Source: a virus (taxonomy: Duplodnaviria; Caudoviricetes). From it: a stretch of DNA of 64,000 nt. The stretch covers positions 3,626-67,625 of IMG/VR virus record IMGVR_UViG_3300019459_001231; one strand, 5' to 3'. Positions 44,870 through 55,682 of this stretch are shown in pieces. Both the position numbers and the translations under genes were made by a program. The notes beneath the pieces are model-generated. The model did not search any database and was not told the origin of the DNA. It saw nothing but the letters and a program-made list of their open reading frames with translations. Each line of letters begins with the position of its first letter. Position 1 is the first letter of the stretch.

Positions 44870-47419
44870 TTATACTTCAACTTTGGTAAATCTTAGCTTC
44901 CAATCAACAGTTTTACCTGCTGTACCTTTTACTCTAATACTGAAACTGCCGCCAACCACTTCTGCCGTAACGTTCCATCCTGAATAACTCAGTGTCCAGT
45001 TTGTTGAATCTTGATCAGGAGGTAAGTTACTGCTAAGAGCTCCTCCTGTGATATTGTTGTTGGCTGTGTATACGTTCAAGTCATATTCAACTACATCGCT
45101 TGAATTATAACTTGCCATTGGATCCCAGGGTGTTTGTGCTAGGTCTGCTGTTCCTGAACGTACATAATCAACTTTATTGTTAGTGCCAACTATTGATTGT
45201 GATCCAGCAACATTTGTTACTACACCTTCAATTTTAAATGCTTGCTTTTCTCCACTTGTAGCAACACCAATTGCACGTATGTCAAAGAACCAAGTTTTTC
45301 CATTTGCTGGAGAAATAGTGCCGCCATGAAAATTAACAGCAACCGCAGTGCCGTCTGTTGTCTGTACAGCATCACTTTTGCGTACATCAGGATCTCCGCT
45401 TAGATCAACTGTGTCTGTATTTTGTGTAATCGTAACACTACTATCTGTGCTAGTGAGTGTTCTAAATGCAAAGTTATTTGCATTTCTTGTTTTAAATATT
45501 TGACCACCACTGCCTACATTACTCGATGTTATTGTATCAGTTACTTGTATTTCTGTGCCACTACTGGTAAGTGCAATACCTCCAGCTGATGTAATTGTTC
45601 TAAACTGTAGTTCTGTACCGTTAAGTTGTTTGAATACTTGTTGTCCACTACCTAAATTAAGTGCAGTTTGTATACTAAAGTTTATTGAATTAGGGCCAAT
45701 TACTTTCCAAGTACCTGTATCACCAAAGTAACCTTCGATAACATGTGTGTCAGTGTTATAACGTATTTCGCCTACTTCAGTATTAGGTCTTTGACTAGTG
45801 TTTCCAGCTGGTATCTTAATAGCCGCAGTGCCTGGAAATCTTGTGTTTGGTTGTAGGTCAATTTGAATATCACCACCTGCGCCGTCACCATTTGTAACTT
45901 GTATTTGACCAGCGCCGCCAACAACACTTCTAGCTCTACTAACGCCTGCATCTTTTACAACAAGTCCGTTTCCTGATTCTACATTCAGATTATTAAGAAA
46001 GTCAAACAGTGTACTTGTGGCTTGTTGAAAATCATTGATAGTTCCTGTACTAAACTGATTTGTATCTTTTCTAGTGAATATGGTTAAGATATCACTGCGT
46101 ACTACAATATCATTTGTTGCGGCATTTACACTAAGCATTGCACTTTCGCTGCCTACAACAAACAGTGTGTTTCCACTGTTGTTAAAATTGTTGATTACAG
46201 TTGTATCGCCTGCACCTCCGCTACTAGCAATATTACTAGAATCTGTTACAAGTCCGCCTGCATTATATCCAGGACTGTTTGGCACAGTAGGAGTTGAACC
46301 TTCACTTGATGTTGTTTCTCTTTGTGCAAAGTTGCTGGTATATCCGATAATATTGCCACAGTAATCGTACACAGGTGTTTGATTGTCTACTGTAGGATTG
46401 GGATTATCATCACGCTGTATAATTTCAAGTAAGCTATCTTCAAGTAACAAGTGGAATATATTCGGATACTCTATCACTTCTCCTTGCAGTATACGGTCAC
46501 CGTTTGAATCATATTGATGTCCTGTACCTGTGGTACCTGTGCCAGACCCCAAACTGTACTGTACAGGATATGCACCCAATCTATCATATAAACTTTTAAG
46601 TTGACTTACAAGTCTTGCATTACCGCTAACTCCGCCTGTGTTTGAATTGTGTAGAACACCAATTTGTGTATTACATCCAGAGTCTGGTGTTGCAAATTGA
46701 CTACCGCCTTGTGCATAACTGCCGTTGATGTTGTTTTCAAAGTTTATAAGATTGGTAATGCCGCCTGTAACATTAGAAATGTCAGCTCTTATACTGTCAA
46801 TAACACTTTGTCCAAGATTTCCTGCATTAATGTCGTTGATGTTATTTGCAATAGTACCAAGTATTCCGCCATTAAACACACTTGCATTAAAGCCACTTGG
46901 GCCAATACATGCACACACATTCTCAGGAGCAATACCGCCGATTTGGTCAATGATGTCTTTACCAGCACCAAGGAAACTACCCATAGCACGTTCTAGCATG
47001 TTTGGAATAGCAATTGGATTTACAGGTGTTGCACAGAAGTTGATCAAGTTTGCAACGTTTTGTGCTTCTGCTAGTACACCATTTAGACGTCCTAGTACAC
47101 TGTCCAATTTGGTGTGATCCATAAATTGTTCAACACTGCCTACTAGCTCTGTCAGAGCATCGTGTAGTTCGCTTTGCAATCCTGGAATACCCAACAATGC
47201 ATTGATATTAGCATGCATACACAATTGTACGTTTGGTAATTTAAGTCCATTACCACTGAGCATACCGCAAAGAAGTTCTCTGAGTGTAAAACTATATTCA
47301 GCACTAGCAACAACTTTGAGTGAATCTGTTCCACTGCCAGTTGTACCGCTGATATGATGCCGTGCATCTAAGTATTCATTAAGGTCATTTAGACCATTTG
47401 GAAAATCTTTAAAACTCAT
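44870..47419 (-). CDS. large virion structural protein (tail/baseplate-associated)
   Basis: 849 aa, G/T/N-rich fibre-like repeats (TSSNVGSGGQIFK), follows the PAAR gene under a late promoter. Confidence 0.7.
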   Translation of the reverse strand: MSFKDFPNGLNDLNEYLDARHHISGTTGSGTDSLKVVASAEYSFTLRELLCGMLSGNGLKLPNVQLCMHANINALLGIPGLQSELHDALTELVGSVEQFMDHTKLDSVLGRLNGVLAEAQNVANLINFCATPVNPIAIPNMLERAMGSFLGAGKDIIDQIGGIAPENVCACIGPSGFNASVFNGGILGTIANNINDINAGNLGQSVIDSIRADISNVTGGITNLINFENNINGSYAQGGSQFATPDSGCNTQIGVLHNSNTGGVSGNARLVSQLKSLYDRLGAYPVQYSLGSGTGTTGTGHQYDSNGDRILQGEVIEYPNIFHLLLEDSLLEIIQRDDNPNPTVDNQTPVYDYCGNIIGYTSNFAQRETTSSEGSTPTVPNSPGYNAGGLVTDSSNIASSGGAGDTTVINNFNNSGNTLFVVGSESAMLSVNAATNDIVVRSDILTIFTRKDTNQFSTGTINDFQQATSTLFDFLNNLNVESGNGLVVKDAGVSRARSVVGGAGQIQVTNGDGAGGDIQIDLQPNTRFPGTAAIKIPAGNTSQRPNTEVGEIRYNTDTHVIEGYFGDTGTWKVIGPNSINFSIQTALNLGSGQQVFKQLNGTELQFRTITSAGGIALTSSGTEIQVTDTITSSNVGSGGQIFKTRNANNFAFRTLTSTDSSVTITQNTDTVDLSGDPDVRKSDAVQTTDGTAVAVNFHGGTISPANGKTWFFDIRAIGVATSGEKQAFKIEGVVTNVAGSQSIVGTNNKVDYVRSGTADLAQTPWDPMASYNSSDVVEYDLNVYTANNNITGGALSSNLPPDQDSTNWTLSYSGWNVTAEVVGGSFSIRVKGTAGKTVDWKLRFTKVEV

Positions 47420-47736
47420 TGTGGACCGCTCGCTGGACTATAGCCGCCTGCTCTAACATCAGGACTTGCACTTGTTGCACTAGGTGAACAATGATTGCCG
47501 CCTGGAATAGGACAGAGATTATCAGCACTTGCACTATCACCATTTAGTATCACAGGAATACTGTTTGCTCTGACATGTCCTACTGTTACGCTTGCTTTTA
47601 AATTGCCGCCGCCATGTGTGTTTGGATCGTTGTCCACACTTATGGGTCTACCGTTTACACGAACATCTGTTACTCGTGTTATTGTAGTTGCGCCGCAACT
47701 TCTAGTATCGCCCTGTCTGTGTACAAATGATGCCAT
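47416..47736 (-). CDS. PAAR-like tail spike tip protein
   Basis: HRQGDTRSCG, VNGRPI, GDSA, HCSP..TSASPDVRAG. Confidence 0.8.
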   Translation of the reverse strand: MASFVHRQGDTRSCGATTITRVTDVRVNGRPISVDNDPNTHGGGNLKASVTVGHVRANSIPVILNGDSASADNLCPIPGGNHCSPSATSASPDVRAGGYSPASGPQ

Positions 47737-47744
47737 ACAACTAT

Positions 47745-48062
47745 TTATAGTTGCAGTGAACTAGCCGGTGCAATGCCTGTTGTACTTTGCATATATGCGT
47801 CTCCCAAACCTTTGTTTGGTTTGTTTGTAGCAATTACATGTGTTTTGTGAATCTGTACTGGATCACTACTTGCTGTGTCGATACTCATAAGCCACGGAAT
47901 AAGCATAGCTTGTCCGTTTTGCGGGTTAAGTGTAATTACACAAGGCTTTACAACTTTGATAGCATCTGCATCGCTACTGTCGAAACGTGCAACTAACTCC
48001 TCGCCTGTGCTTAATTTGATACTAACTGTATCACCTTTTTTATAATTGGATATCACCAACAT
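47745..48062 (-). CDS. Sm-like-fold hypothetical protein
   Basis: VSIKLSTGEELVARF...VVKP. Confidence 0.65.
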   Translation of the reverse strand: MLVISNYKKGDTVSIKLSTGEELVARFDSSDADAIKVVKPCVITLNPQNGQAMLIPWLMSIDTASSDPVQIHKTHVIATNKPNKGLGDAYMQSTTGIAPASSLQL

Positions 48063-48315
48063 CTATAATTTCTCCTATGAGTTTTTTAACTTGATTTGGA
48101 TCCATACGAACAAGTGCTTGCCCTCCGCCAGAAACTAAGAGTTTTCCGTTATGATATATTTGAGGCATAGTTCTATGCCCTTCATTGATCAAAAACTCTC
48201 TAGCTTCTGTATTGGTATCCACTCGTATTTCTTCGTATTGTATATTATTGTTTTTCAAATAAGTTTTTGCCATGTCACAATAAGGACACAGTGGTTTACT
48301 GTAAAGTGTTATCAA
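48040..48315 (-). CDS. glutaredoxin
   Basis: CPYC, HRTMPQIY; TTG start. Confidence 0.9.
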   Translation of the reverse strand: MITLYSKPLCPYCDMAKTYLKNNNIQYEEIRVDTNTEAREFLINEGHRTMPQIYHNGKLLVSGGGQALVRMDPNQVKKLIGEIIDVGDIQL

Positions 48316-49451
48316 AGTTTCATTCCTTGGAATGTGCTTCCGTTCACATCCTGTTTTGTACCGCCAATAACATAACTACTAATTTCTGTTTCTTGTGGTG
48401 CTACTTGTACTTCTGCACCTGCAATCCACTTTTGTGTCCATGGCAGAGGATTACTACCGCCTTTGTACGGGCTAGGTAGTCCTGCCGCTATCATACGTTT
48501 GTTAGCAGTCCATTCTACATATTCATGCAACAATTGTGCATTTAGCCCAATCATCGATCCGTCTTTAAACAAATAATCAGCCCATGCTTTTTCTTGATCC
48601 ACTGCATCCACAAATAGTTGTACCATTTCGTCCTGAGTTTCTTCTTGGATACGTGCAAAGTCAGGATCATCTTTGGGCATCAGTTTAAGTAACGTTTGGG
48701 TACTACCTAAGTGTACATTCTCATCTCTACAAATAAGTTTAATAATCTTAGCATTGCCTTCCATCTTTTTAAGTTCAGCAAATGCCCAGCTACATGCGAA
48801 CGACACGTAAAAGCGAACGCCTTCTAGAATGTTTACACTCATCATAGCTTTCCAGATTAGTTTTTTAAGTTCATATTTGTCCACTACAACATTACGTGCT
48901 TTACGATTAGAAACAATTTGGTGTGTGCCTTCTCCGAGAAGATTATACCACATGCCCATTTCAATAAGGTCGTCATAGTGCTTACTAATATCAGTTGCAC
49001 AATCCATAATCTCTGCAATGTCCATCATTTCGTCAAACACAATACTTGGATTGCTGTAGATGTTACGGATAATATGTGTGTAACTGCGACTGTGGATAGT
49101 TTCATTAAACGTCCACGTTGTTACCCAGTTTTCAAGTTCAGGTAAACTTACTAGTGGATTAAAACTATCAGCTGGCGCACGACCTTGTACACTGTCCAAC
49201 AAGATTTGTCTTTTGAGATTACTTGTAAAGATGTGTTTCTCATGTTCAGTCAATTGTTTAAAGTCTGCACTATCTTTTAGTACATCAACTTCTTCCGGAC
49301 GCCAGAAGAATCCTAGTTGTTTGTCTGTTAATTTGTCAAACTGTTTATATTTTAATGCATCGTAACGCTGGATGTCGACGCCGCCATTAGGGTCTAAAAA
49401 CATCAAACTTTCGAGATGCTTGTTTCGTTGTTGTTCATTTAATACGCTCAT
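48312..49451 (-). CDS. nrdB: ribonucleotide reductase class Ia beta subunit
   Basis: FFWRPEEVD, DSVQGR, ETIHSRSY (radical Tyr), LEGVRFYVSF, RDENVH, VAPQETE. Confidence 0.97.
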   Translation of the reverse strand: MSVLNEQQRNKHLESLMFLDPNGGVDIQRYDALKYKQFDKLTDKQLGFFWRPEEVDVLKDSADFKQLTEHEKHIFTSNLKRQILLDSVQGRAPADSFNPLVSLPELENWVTTWTFNETIHSRSYTHIIRNIYSNPSIVFDEMMDIAEIMDCATDISKHYDDLIEMGMWYNLLGEGTHQIVSNRKARNVVVDKYELKKLIWKAMMSVNILEGVRFYVSFACSWAFAELKKMEGNAKIIKLICRDENVHLGSTQTLLKLMPKDDPDFARIQEETQDEMVQLFVDAVDQEKAWADYLFKDGSMIGLNAQLLHEYVEWTANKRMIAAGLPSPYKGGSNPLPWTQKWIAGAEVQVAPQETEISSYVIGGTKQDVNGSTFQGMKL

Positions 49452-49460
49452 ATTATTTCC

Positions 49461-51770
49461 TTAAATTGTGCAGCTGTCGCAGGCTTCTTCATCTTCAATT
49501 TGATATTCATCATCGATCTCTATATTAGCAGGTTCGTTAAGTTTGTCAATATCTATTTCGCCTTGACCATCATATGTGTTGAAATAGTATAATTGCTTGC
49601 CGCCGTATTTGTAAAAGATCATTAAATGTCTAAGCATTTCACTCATGCTGATCTTTTCATCTTCATAGAACACAGGATTGTAACTTGTGTTTACACTGAT
49701 ACCTTGGTCAATATACTTTTGTAGTATAGCCATAATAGTCATATAGCCTTCTGGACTACGCTGATCCCACAACAGCTCATACTTGTTTTTAAGATGATGG
49801 ATGCCAGGCACAACTTGTTTTAGTATGCCGTGTTTACTTTGTTTAACACTTACCAAACTACGTGGTGGCTCAATACCGTTTGTAGCATTTGAAATCTGTG
49901 CTGATGTTTCAGCAGGCATAAGAGCCATTAGTGTACTGTTACGAATACCTGTAGCTTTGAGTTGTTCTCTTAGCTCTCTCCAAGGCATACGCTCTTTGTG
50001 TGGTACTAGTTCATCTACATCTGTTTTGTATGTTTGGTTAGGTGTAATACCATCACTATACTTTGTTTCATTGTTCCACAAGCATGCACCTTGCTCTACT
50101 GCTAGGTCTGCACTTGCTTTGATTAGATAGTAACTCCAAGCCTCAGCAAATGTATCAATCATTTCTAAGTCTGGATTGCTGTATGTCATGCCATTCTTGG
50201 CCATCCAATACGCAAGGTTAATAATACCTACACCCAGTGGACGTCTGCCTGCTGTAGCACGTTCTGCCGCTTTGACTGGATAGTTTTGATAGCTGAGTAG
50301 TGCATCAAGTCCACGTACTGCTAGCTCACATGGCTTTGCAAAGTCTTCTGGTTTTTTGATGTTACCCCAATTAATAGCACTCAGTGTACACAGTGCAATC
50401 TCACCTTCGTCATCGTTAAAATCAGTTAACGGTTTTGTAGGCAAATCGATCTCTGCACATAGGTTACTTTGTCTGATTGGTGCTAGGTCTGGTTTAAATG
50501 AACCGTGTTCATTTGCATTATCTACATTCTGTAAGTAAATGCGTCCTGTATTTTTACGCTCTTCCATAAATTGACTAAACAATTCAGTTGCACTAATAGT
50601 TTTCTTGCGTAGTTTTGTATTACGTTCTGCACGTTCGTATAGTTCTCTAAACTTGTCTTGATCTGCAAAAAATGCTTCGTATAGACCTGGAACATCACTT
50701 GGGCTGAACAATGTAATTTGTCCGTTACTAATTAATCTTTCATAAAACAACTTGTTGAATTGAACACCATAGTCCATTTGACGTACACGATTCTCTTCTG
50801 TACCTTTGTTGTTTTTGAGTACTAGCAGATCTTCAACTTCATAATGCCAAATTGGATAGTACAGTGTGGCGGCTCCGTTGCGCACACCTCCTTGGCTACA
50901 GCTTCTTGTGGCGCTTTGGAACATTTTATAGAACGGAATAACTCCTGTATGGTAAGCGTCTCCTTTGCGGATTGGGCTACCGAGTGCTCTAATACTTCCT
51001 GCTCCGATGCCAATGCCTGCCTTTTGACTAACATACTTAACAATGCTGCTAGTAGTAGCGTTAATGCTATCCAAGCTGTCATCACTTTCAATGAGTACAC
51101 AACTGCTGAACTGTCGCTGAGGTGTCCTAACACCTGCCATAACAGGAGTAGGCAAACTGATATAAAAATTGCTAACTGCATCATAATATTCCTTTACCCA
51201 ACGCATACGTGTTTCTTTTGGATAATCTGCAAATAATGTTGCTGCAATTAACATGTATGCTACTTGCGGTGTTTCTTTAATTTCATTTGTTACACGATTT
51301 TGTACAAGATATTTGCCACGGAATTGTTCCATAGCGGCATATGTAAAGTTTTCATCTCTGTCATGCTTTACAAAGTTGTTTAATTCGTTCCATTCTTCTT
51401 GTGTGTAATCTTCTAATAGTGCAGGATCATACCATCCTTCTTCTACATTGCGTCTCACAATGTCTAGCAATGGCCATGGGTCATAGTCGCCGTAAACCAT
51501 TTTGCGAAGGTGATACACAATAAGACGACCTGCAACCCACTGATAGTTTGGTGTTTCTTCGCTGATTAAATCAGCCGCACTTTTGATAAGCGTTTCTTGA
51601 ATCTCACTACTGGTGATACCATTATAAAATTGTAAACTACTTTTAATCTCTACTTCACTCGGGCTTACGCCATTAATGTCACTGCATGCATGAAACACTA
51701 CTTTGTGTAACTTTTCTAAATCTAATGTATCTTTACCACCACTTCGTTTGATTACTTGAATTTCGCTCAT
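49461..51770 (-). CDS. nrdA: ribonucleotide reductase class Ia alpha subunit with ATP cone
   Basis: VIKRSG ATP cone, PTPVMAG, QFSSCVL, SNLCAE, C-terminal CDSC. Confidence 0.97.
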   Translation of the reverse strand: MSEIQVIKRSGGKDTLDLEKLHKVVFHACSDINGVSPSEVEIKSSLQFYNGITSSEIQETLIKSAADLISEETPNYQWVAGRLIVYHLRKMVYGDYDPWPLLDIVRRNVEEGWYDPALLEDYTQEEWNELNNFVKHDRDENFTYAAMEQFRGKYLVQNRVTNEIKETPQVAYMLIAATLFADYPKETRMRWVKEYYDAVSNFYISLPTPVMAGVRTPQRQFSSCVLIESDDSLDSINATTSSIVKYVSQKAGIGIGAGSIRALGSPIRKGDAYHTGVIPFYKMFQSATRSCSQGGVRNGAATLYYPIWHYEVEDLLVLKNNKGTEENRVRQMDYGVQFNKLFYERLISNGQITLFSPSDVPGLYEAFFADQDKFRELYERAERNTKLRKKTISATELFSQFMEERKNTGRIYLQNVDNANEHGSFKPDLAPIRQSNLCAEIDLPTKPLTDFNDDEGEIALCTLSAINWGNIKKPEDFAKPCELAVRGLDALLSYQNYPVKAAERATAGRRPLGVGIINLAYWMAKNGMTYSNPDLEMIDTFAEAWSYYLIKASADLAVEQGACLWNNETKYSDGITPNQTYKTDVDELVPHKERMPWRELREQLKATGIRNSTLMALMPAETSAQISNATNGIEPPRSLVSVKQSKHGILKQVVPGIHHLKNKYELLWDQRSPEGYMTIMAILQKYIDQGISVNTSYNPVFYEDEKISMSEMLRHLMIFYKYGGKQLYYFNTYDGQGEIDIDKLNEPANIEIDDEYQIEDEEACDSCTI

Positions 51771-51819
51771 CGTTGTTTTTCCTTTGTCTATCTTGTACTT
51801 ATTGTTCTGTCAATATCGG

Positions 51820-52278
51820 TTATGTGTTGTGTTTTATCACATCTGCAATTTTCTTTTGATAAGTTATTGCCATATCCTTGGTTGGTAATTTACTTATCGC
51901 TCCATGTTCGAAGTTAAGCAGATACTTATTGTCAATATGCACACATAATCTTTGTATACTTTTTTTTCTGTCAACGATGTACAACAGTTCGTTGGGTATC
52001 GTTTCATTTGCATAATAGATAGTGTAACTCATACCTAATGCTAGGCTGTTGTCACAAAAATCTCCGCTGTGCAACATTTCCCAAGGTGTGGGCCATGTGC
52101 TACTGTTAACTGGATCGATAGTCCAACTGCTGATTGGTGCCATCTTCCACCACTGAACAACCGTTTCACAGACATCATATGTGTTGTTTGTGTTTAACGC
52201 TTGCCTAAATATTCGCCATTTGCTCAGCCGAGTGCTAGGAGCCTCAAACCAAGCTGTGTGTATTAATTGCTGTTCCAA
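51820..52278 (-). CDS. hypothetical protein, transglutaminase-like (BTLCP) resemblance
   Basis: WPTPWEMLHSGDFCDNSLA resembles W.TP.E...G.GDCED. Confidence 0.5.
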   Translation of the reverse strand: MEQQLIHTAWFEAPSTRLSKWRIFRQALNTNNTYDVCETVVQWWKMAPISSWTIDPVNSSTWPTPWEMLHSGDFCDNSLALGMSYTIYYANETIPNELLYIVDRKKSIQRLCVHIDNKYLLNFEHGAISKLPTKDMAITYQKKIADVIKHNT

Positions 52279-52922
52279 AGTTGATATGTATATTTGAATT
52301 TAGAAATTTTATTGTCGCTGTCTGTGTACTGTAGTTTCATAGTATTTGCAGTTGCAATGTCAACATTAAACACTATGCCAACTGCAGCAGTTTGTGTAAA
52401 TTGATCATCTATTGTACTTGTTGACGCACTAGTATCAGTAGCAAAACGCAACTGTCCGACTCTTACACCGCTTGTGCTTTCTAATGTGTAGTCCATAACT
52501 ACAATATTGTACAATGTTGTGTCTACACTGAATCCAGTATCGGCTGTTGATCCTGCGGCAGGTAGTTCAATTGCACTTGGTAATGTAGAGTCAGTAACAA
52601 TGCCAATCTCACTGTTGAAACTTACAGTAATTGCACCAGTTGGAGCACTTGCAAATGTGAGTGTTGTGCCTTGCAGTGTATAATCTGCGGCAGCAACAGC
52701 GGTTCCAGCTGCAAATACAGTAATAATATTAGGTTTGCTCAATGTAACAGGCACTGTGAACTGTGTTAGTACACCATTACCTGTACCAATGTTTACAGTG
52801 TCGTTGCCAATAAACAAACGTCTTTGGTCTTTAGCGTATCCAATCTCGCCTGGATCTAATACTGGCAAGTCTGCAAAATTGCCCTGCCTTACTTGAATTT
52901 TACTAGTTCTTGTATCTGCCAT
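52263..52922 (-). CDS. virion protein with major-tropism-determinant-like N-terminal domain
   Basis: KIQVRQG..ADLPVLDPGEIGYAKDQRRLFIG; late promoter upstream. Confidence 0.7.
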   Translation of the reverse strand: MADTRTSKIQVRQGNFADLPVLDPGEIGYAKDQRRLFIGNDTVNIGTGNGVLTQFTVPVTLSKPNIITVFAAGTAVAAADYTLQGTTLTFASAPTGAITVSFNSEIGIVTDSTLPSAIELPAAGSTADTGFSVDTTLYNIVVMDYTLESTSGVRVGQLRFATDTSASTSTIDDQFTQTAAVGIVFNVDIATANTMKLQYTDSDNKISKFKYTYQLWNSN

Positions 52923-52943
52923 CTCGTGCTCCTGATACAGTAT

Positions 52944-53609
52944 TTATGACAAGTTGTAGAACTCTGCTACCCTGTTTGCCCATTTTTCTTCCCATTGTTT
53001 AAATTCCTCTGGTCCCACTTCCCATAGTTGCCAATCACAATCTCTACTACACATAAAGATGGCCGCATGTTCAATCTTAGTTTCAAACACTTCGTTGTGT
53101 GCCATACCATAAGCCGCAGCTTGCATAAAGTAATCATCAATCCACTCACGCTTCTTGGGCTTGTTGGTTTGTTTGAAGTCCATAATAGTTGGACGCCCTT
53201 TGTACACACCAACTAAGTCAGTGGTGCCAGCATACAAACCTGGATAACACAAGTTTACTTCACTGCCCCAAACTTCGTCAATGTCAGCTTCAACGTTTTT
53301 AATAACGGTCTCTGCCATCATCTTAGCTTGTAGCAAGTTCTTGCCTGTGTACTCTTGATTGAGACTCCATGCTTCTAATATTTCATGCATAACTGTACCA
53401 ACACTAGCGGCTTCAGTTACAATCTCTTGTGCTTTCTTTTCACCTACCCGCTTTTTCCAAGCATTTAAGTGTGTCATGTCCTTGGTCTTGCTGAGAATAG
53501 TTGTTACACTAGGCACAGGTTCGCCATAAGGATTTTCGTATAAACGCTTACCGTTTACACTTTTTCGTTTAAATTCTTTATACGGGTAGGGTGAAGTAAT
53601 ATTTAACAT
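52944..53609 (-). CDS. PD-(D/E)xK (Cas4/RecB-like) exonuclease
   Basis: PSVTTIL, GTVMHE, AGTTDL, IMDFKQ, QAAAY. Confidence 0.88.
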   Translation of the reverse strand: MLNITSPYPYKEFKRKSVNGKRLYENPYGEPVPSVTTILSKTKDMTHLNAWKKRVGEKKAQEIVTEAASVGTVMHEILEAWSLNQEYTGKNLLQAKMMAETVIKNVEADIDEVWGSEVNLCYPGLYAGTTDLVGVYKGRPTIMDFKQTNKPKKREWIDDYFMQAAAYGMAHNEVFETKIEHAAIFMCSRDCDWQLWEVGPEEFKQWEEKWANRVAEFYNLS

Positions 53610-53640
53610 ACTGTACTATAGCATGTCCGTATATTACTTG

Positions 53641-54261
53641 TCAATAACTAATGACCCATTTAAGTGTCTTTCCTGTAGAAGTATTTTTAAGACGCTCAAT
53701 GGTATATCCTAAGTTTTGGAAATATTTTATAACTTGATTCATTTGATCTGTTTTTGCACGATCACTTGCAGTTCCTTGCCAGCAATTAAAGTATGTTACG
53801 CTGTCTGGATTTGTTGCTGTATAAGTTTGTGCAGTAAGTCCTAGTGGTGTATTAGCTGTACCAGCACCAACTGTAACAGTCCAGCTTGTACTTGCAGGTG
53901 CAGTATATGTTAACACAAGGTTGTTGCTGGCGTTTTTACTTGCCACTAAGCCACTTATTGCCGCATCATTGATATCAGCAATAATACTGTTTAGGTTTGT
54001 ACCTGTTGTACCTAATGTAATTGTACTGCCTGCAACAATAACAGTGGGTGTTCCTGTGATAGTAGGACCACTTGCAGAACCTGTAATTGTAATTGTAGGT
54101 GTGCTTTCAGTCATTGTGGTAGCATCTGTAACTGTGGTTTGATACAAACCATTGCCTGCATCGGTGATGACCTGTTTCATAAGTGCCTGAGTTTCATTGA
54201 AAATGGTAAGATCTGCTCTCGCCATTGACCTAGCTTCAGTTTTGTTAATATAATATGTCAC
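53641..54261 (-). CDS. putative virion structural protein
   Basis: T/S/G-rich beta protein in the late cluster. Confidence 0.6.
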   Translation of the reverse strand: MTYYINKTEARSMARADLTIFNETQALMKQVITDAGNGLYQTTVTDATTMTESTPTITITGSASGPTITGTPTVIVAGSTITLGTTGTNLNSIIADINDAAISGLVASKNASNNLVLTYTAPASTSWTVTVGAGTANTPLGLTAQTYTATNPDSVTYFNCWQGTASDRAKTDQMNQVIKYFQNLGYTIERLKNTSTGKTLKWVISY

Positions 54262-54572
54262 AGTTCATCATCCTTTTGCATTTGCTTTTTAGCCAACTTA
54301 CTAACAACATCACTGTCTGGTTCAGCATTGGAACGGGGTATTGCTGTATCCAGTGAGATGTCTTTTTTATTGCTGGCTCCCACACTAGTAATTGTAGGTA
54401 ATAGGTCTAGTAGATCTTGAATACTAATACTATGACCCATAGCACGAAGTTTAGCAAGTACCATGTTTGTTGGTATTTTGAATTTGCCATTGGCTTTTGC
54501 CCTAGTGATTAATTCTTCTAGGTCATTCAAAATATTATTTTGATCCTCTACTATAACTTCGTATATTAACAC
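54258..54572 (-). CDS. hypothetical protein with E-terminated leader
   Basis: MLIYEVIVE leader. Confidence 0.65.
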   Translation of the reverse strand: MLIYEVIVEDQNNILNDLEELITRAKANGKFKIPTNMVLAKLRAMGHSISIQDLLDLLPTITSVGASNKKDISLDTAIPRSNAEPDSDVVSKLAKKQMQKDDEL

Positions 54573-55654
54573 TAGTTAGACTTTCTTTTCAAAAAGTTCA
54601 TCACAGCACTGTGTCCTGTATCACCTGGTCTTAGGTCTGCGGTTCGAAGTCCTGATGGTTTACGCTTTTTCATAATTGATCCTATATCTGGCATTGGCAC
54701 TGGACGTAGAGGCTTTGACTTTGGCTTTGTTATCATGCCGGCGCCACGTGGTAATTTTTGTGTGTTGTCGTTGTGCATGTCATTGTAGTTTTGACCAAAA
54801 TATGGATCTGCTTCATCCAGTTGACTGATAACATTGATAAAATGTTCTTGCGTCATTTTGCCACTCTCGACCATTTTAAAGAGCTTGTCTTTACTCTCTA
54901 GATACTTTTTTTCAGCTAACGCACCTTTCTCCATACTATGGATAGCACTTTCGCCTTTTAGTTCTCTGCCTACTGGATTGTCATCGCCTGCGGCTGCTGG
55001 ATCTGCTTCAAAGTCGTCACCCATGTCTACATCCACATCCATGTCCATTTCTGCATCATCTGCACCCATGTCTGTTGGAGCTGTCATGTTTGGTTGTTTA
55101 CCTTGAGCTGCAAGTGTAGCATTTTCCATTGCTTCTTTTGCGGCTTTCATTTGATCTAGTAGAGCGGCAAGTGCAGCGTCTGCTGATGAATTATACTGCT
55201 CTGCAATTTCAAAACTGATTTGTTCTTTCATTGCGTCTACAATTGGCATTAGTTTTTGTACTTGCATTTCTGCAACGTCTTCTACCATACCTTGTAGTTC
55301 GTCAACTAGTTCATTTGCAGCAAGAAGAACTTCAGCTGTGTCTAGCTCGTCTTCCATTACAACACTTTCTTTGGTCTTCATTCTTTTACCGTCTTTACGT
55401 GTTGGTGCAACTTCGTTGATATATGTTTTAAGTTGATGTTGGATAAGTCCAAGTTTGTTATACTGTGGATTTTCCCAATACTTGAGATCACTCTCTTTAA
55501 TTGTGTCAATTTTTGCTGTTGTAGCTGACAACATACGCTTTAATGCATTCGTGCTCATCTCAGATAAATCAATCTCGTGATTGAAAGTATCTGCTAGTAC
55601 ACGATTTAGCTTTTCCACGTTGTGTTTTGCGCTATTTAAATCGTTTAGATACAT
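54572..55654 (-). CDS. putative prohead scaffold/core-like protein
   Basis: Acidic, helical, several (V/L)xE sites, in the late cluster. Confidence 0.55.
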   Translation of the reverse strand: MYLNDLNSAKHNVEKLNRVLADTFNHEIDLSEMSTNALKRMLSATTAKIDTIKESDLKYWENPQYNKLGLIQHQLKTYINEVAPTRKDGKRMKTKESVVMEDELDTAEVLLAANELVDELQGMVEDVAEMQVQKLMPIVDAMKEQISFEIAEQYNSSADAALAALLDQMKAAKEAMENATLAAQGKQPNMTAPTDMGADDAEMDMDVDVDMGDDFEADPAAAGDDNPVGRELKGESAIHSMEKGALAEKKYLESKDKLFKMVESGKMTQEHFINVISQLDEADPYFGQNYNDMHNDNTQKLPRGAGMITKPKSKPLRPVPMPDIGSIMKKRKPSGLRTADLRPGDTGHSAVMNFLKRKSN

Positions 55655-55682
55655 AATATTATTCCCGTTCCTTATATTGTAT

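Noticed and set aside
48312-51770. Introns or inteins in nrdA, nrdB, helicase or primase
   Set aside because: Lengths are canonical and motifs contiguous; no splice or homing-endonuclease motifs
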